Part shown: one piece after another, positions 63,126 to 64,000 of the stretch
How positions within the stretch are numbered: position 1 is the stretch's first letter
How the letters are laid out: each line of letters begins with the position of its first letter
Source of the DNA: Setoptus koraiensis
Lineage: Eukaryota > Animalia > Arthropoda
Assembly (NCBI GenBank): GCA_048013815.1
Contig: CM106585.1
Coordinates: forward strand, 6,200,001-6,264,000
Direction of reading: 5' to 3'
DNA: 64,000 nucleotides
Position numbers and translations under genes: made by a program
The notes under the pieces: generated by a model
The model's database searches: none
What the model saw: the letters and a program-made list of their open reading frames with translations, nothing else
Told to the model about the DNA's origin: nothing

Positions 63126-64000
63126 AAGCGGACCGTTCAGACGACCGTCGCTTGATTGACATTCAACGTCGTATGTTTACAGTGCAGCCGCCGGCACGAC
63201 TTGCACGGGCACCGCAACGGTCACCCTAACGGGCGCCGCAGTGGGCACTGCAATGGGCACCACGGCTCTGGCGGGATTTTGCGACGCTGCCCAGCGGCAC
63301 CCAATCTGTCGTGTAATAATAACAGTGATAACGACAGCAGTAAAACAACAATGATGATGGCACGATATTCAACAGTGATATTTTATAATTATTGCAGGCT
63401 CATTACAGTTTTACTAGCGCTTCGCTGGCGTGACTTCAGTCAGCCGCCGGTCGGTCCTCGCGAACGATCGAACGGGGTCTCGAATAGAACATATCACAGC
63501 ACATTATTATGTCATGACTGGGCCGGCATCCGGTCGCGCGATCGTAGCTCAAAGTCCGCAGCCCGCGGGCTGCGGGCCACAGCGCGTCAAGGTCAGCGCG
63601 CCTTATCGCTGATGAATGGTCAGTGATAAGTTGATGGGCGGCCCGGCCTCTGGTTGCCGTAGAGTCTGGTGGCGCAATCGCGAGCCCACTCTCGTTATGT
63701 CATCATCGCGCTGTCGTGATGAGCGAACGATGGGCAAGTTACGCAATATGGGCACACGAGCGACGAATCGCGCAATTTAACTGAGCGGCCCAACGAATGG
63801 CCGCGTGAATGGCCGCACGAATGGCCGCATGAATGGCGCTGACCATTCAGTTGAATTCGGCCGGGTTCGGCTGGATTCAGTTGAGTTCGGTCGAATCGAG
63901 TTTGAATCGAATTGAGCCAGCTTGGCCAGTGGCCAGCAACTTGTTTGGCGCAAGTGAGCCGAGGAAGCCAAAGTTGAACGATGCTCGTGTCGTCTCTCAA

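Overview
Eukaryotic genomic DNA with GT-AG introns of about 100-400 nt. Intronless SRP54 and UBE2S, tight gene packing and CpG-rich, microsatellite-laden intergenic DNA best fit a compact arthropod genome such as an acariform or eriophyoid mite; this is inference only. The window alternates between long GC/CpG-rich non-coding domains (about 1-9 kb and 44-64 kb) and AT-richer gene islands. Island 1 (9.8-15.2 kb) holds a 4-exon METTL27/WBSCR27-like methyltransferase and two tandem paralogous signal-peptide proteins with a shared 7-Cys pattern, one interrupted by an in-frame TAA that is also a splice-donor motif. A 3-exon minus-strand gene at 16.1-24.3 kb encodes a ~2550-aa low-complexity, probably secreted protein. 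Island 2 (30.8-43.5 kb) holds UBE2S, a small mitochondrial-type membrane protein, a 500-N gap, SRP54, a BiP/HSPA5 3' pseudogene fragment, a TA-flanked 403-bp Tc1/mariner-type MITE, a diverged segmental duplicate of the UBE2S block, a CLCC1-like gene and a pointed/ETS1-like gene. The most notable signals are: (1) a three-gene duplication with reciprocal degeneration, including a tail-less UBE2S paralog with 21 amino-acid changes versus 4 silent changes; (2) the Cys-patterned secreted family with possible intronization around a nonsense change; (3) the giant disordered protein; (4) an excess of perfect short-spacer palindromes in the non-coding DNA. No rRNA, tRNA or CRISPR array could be supported.
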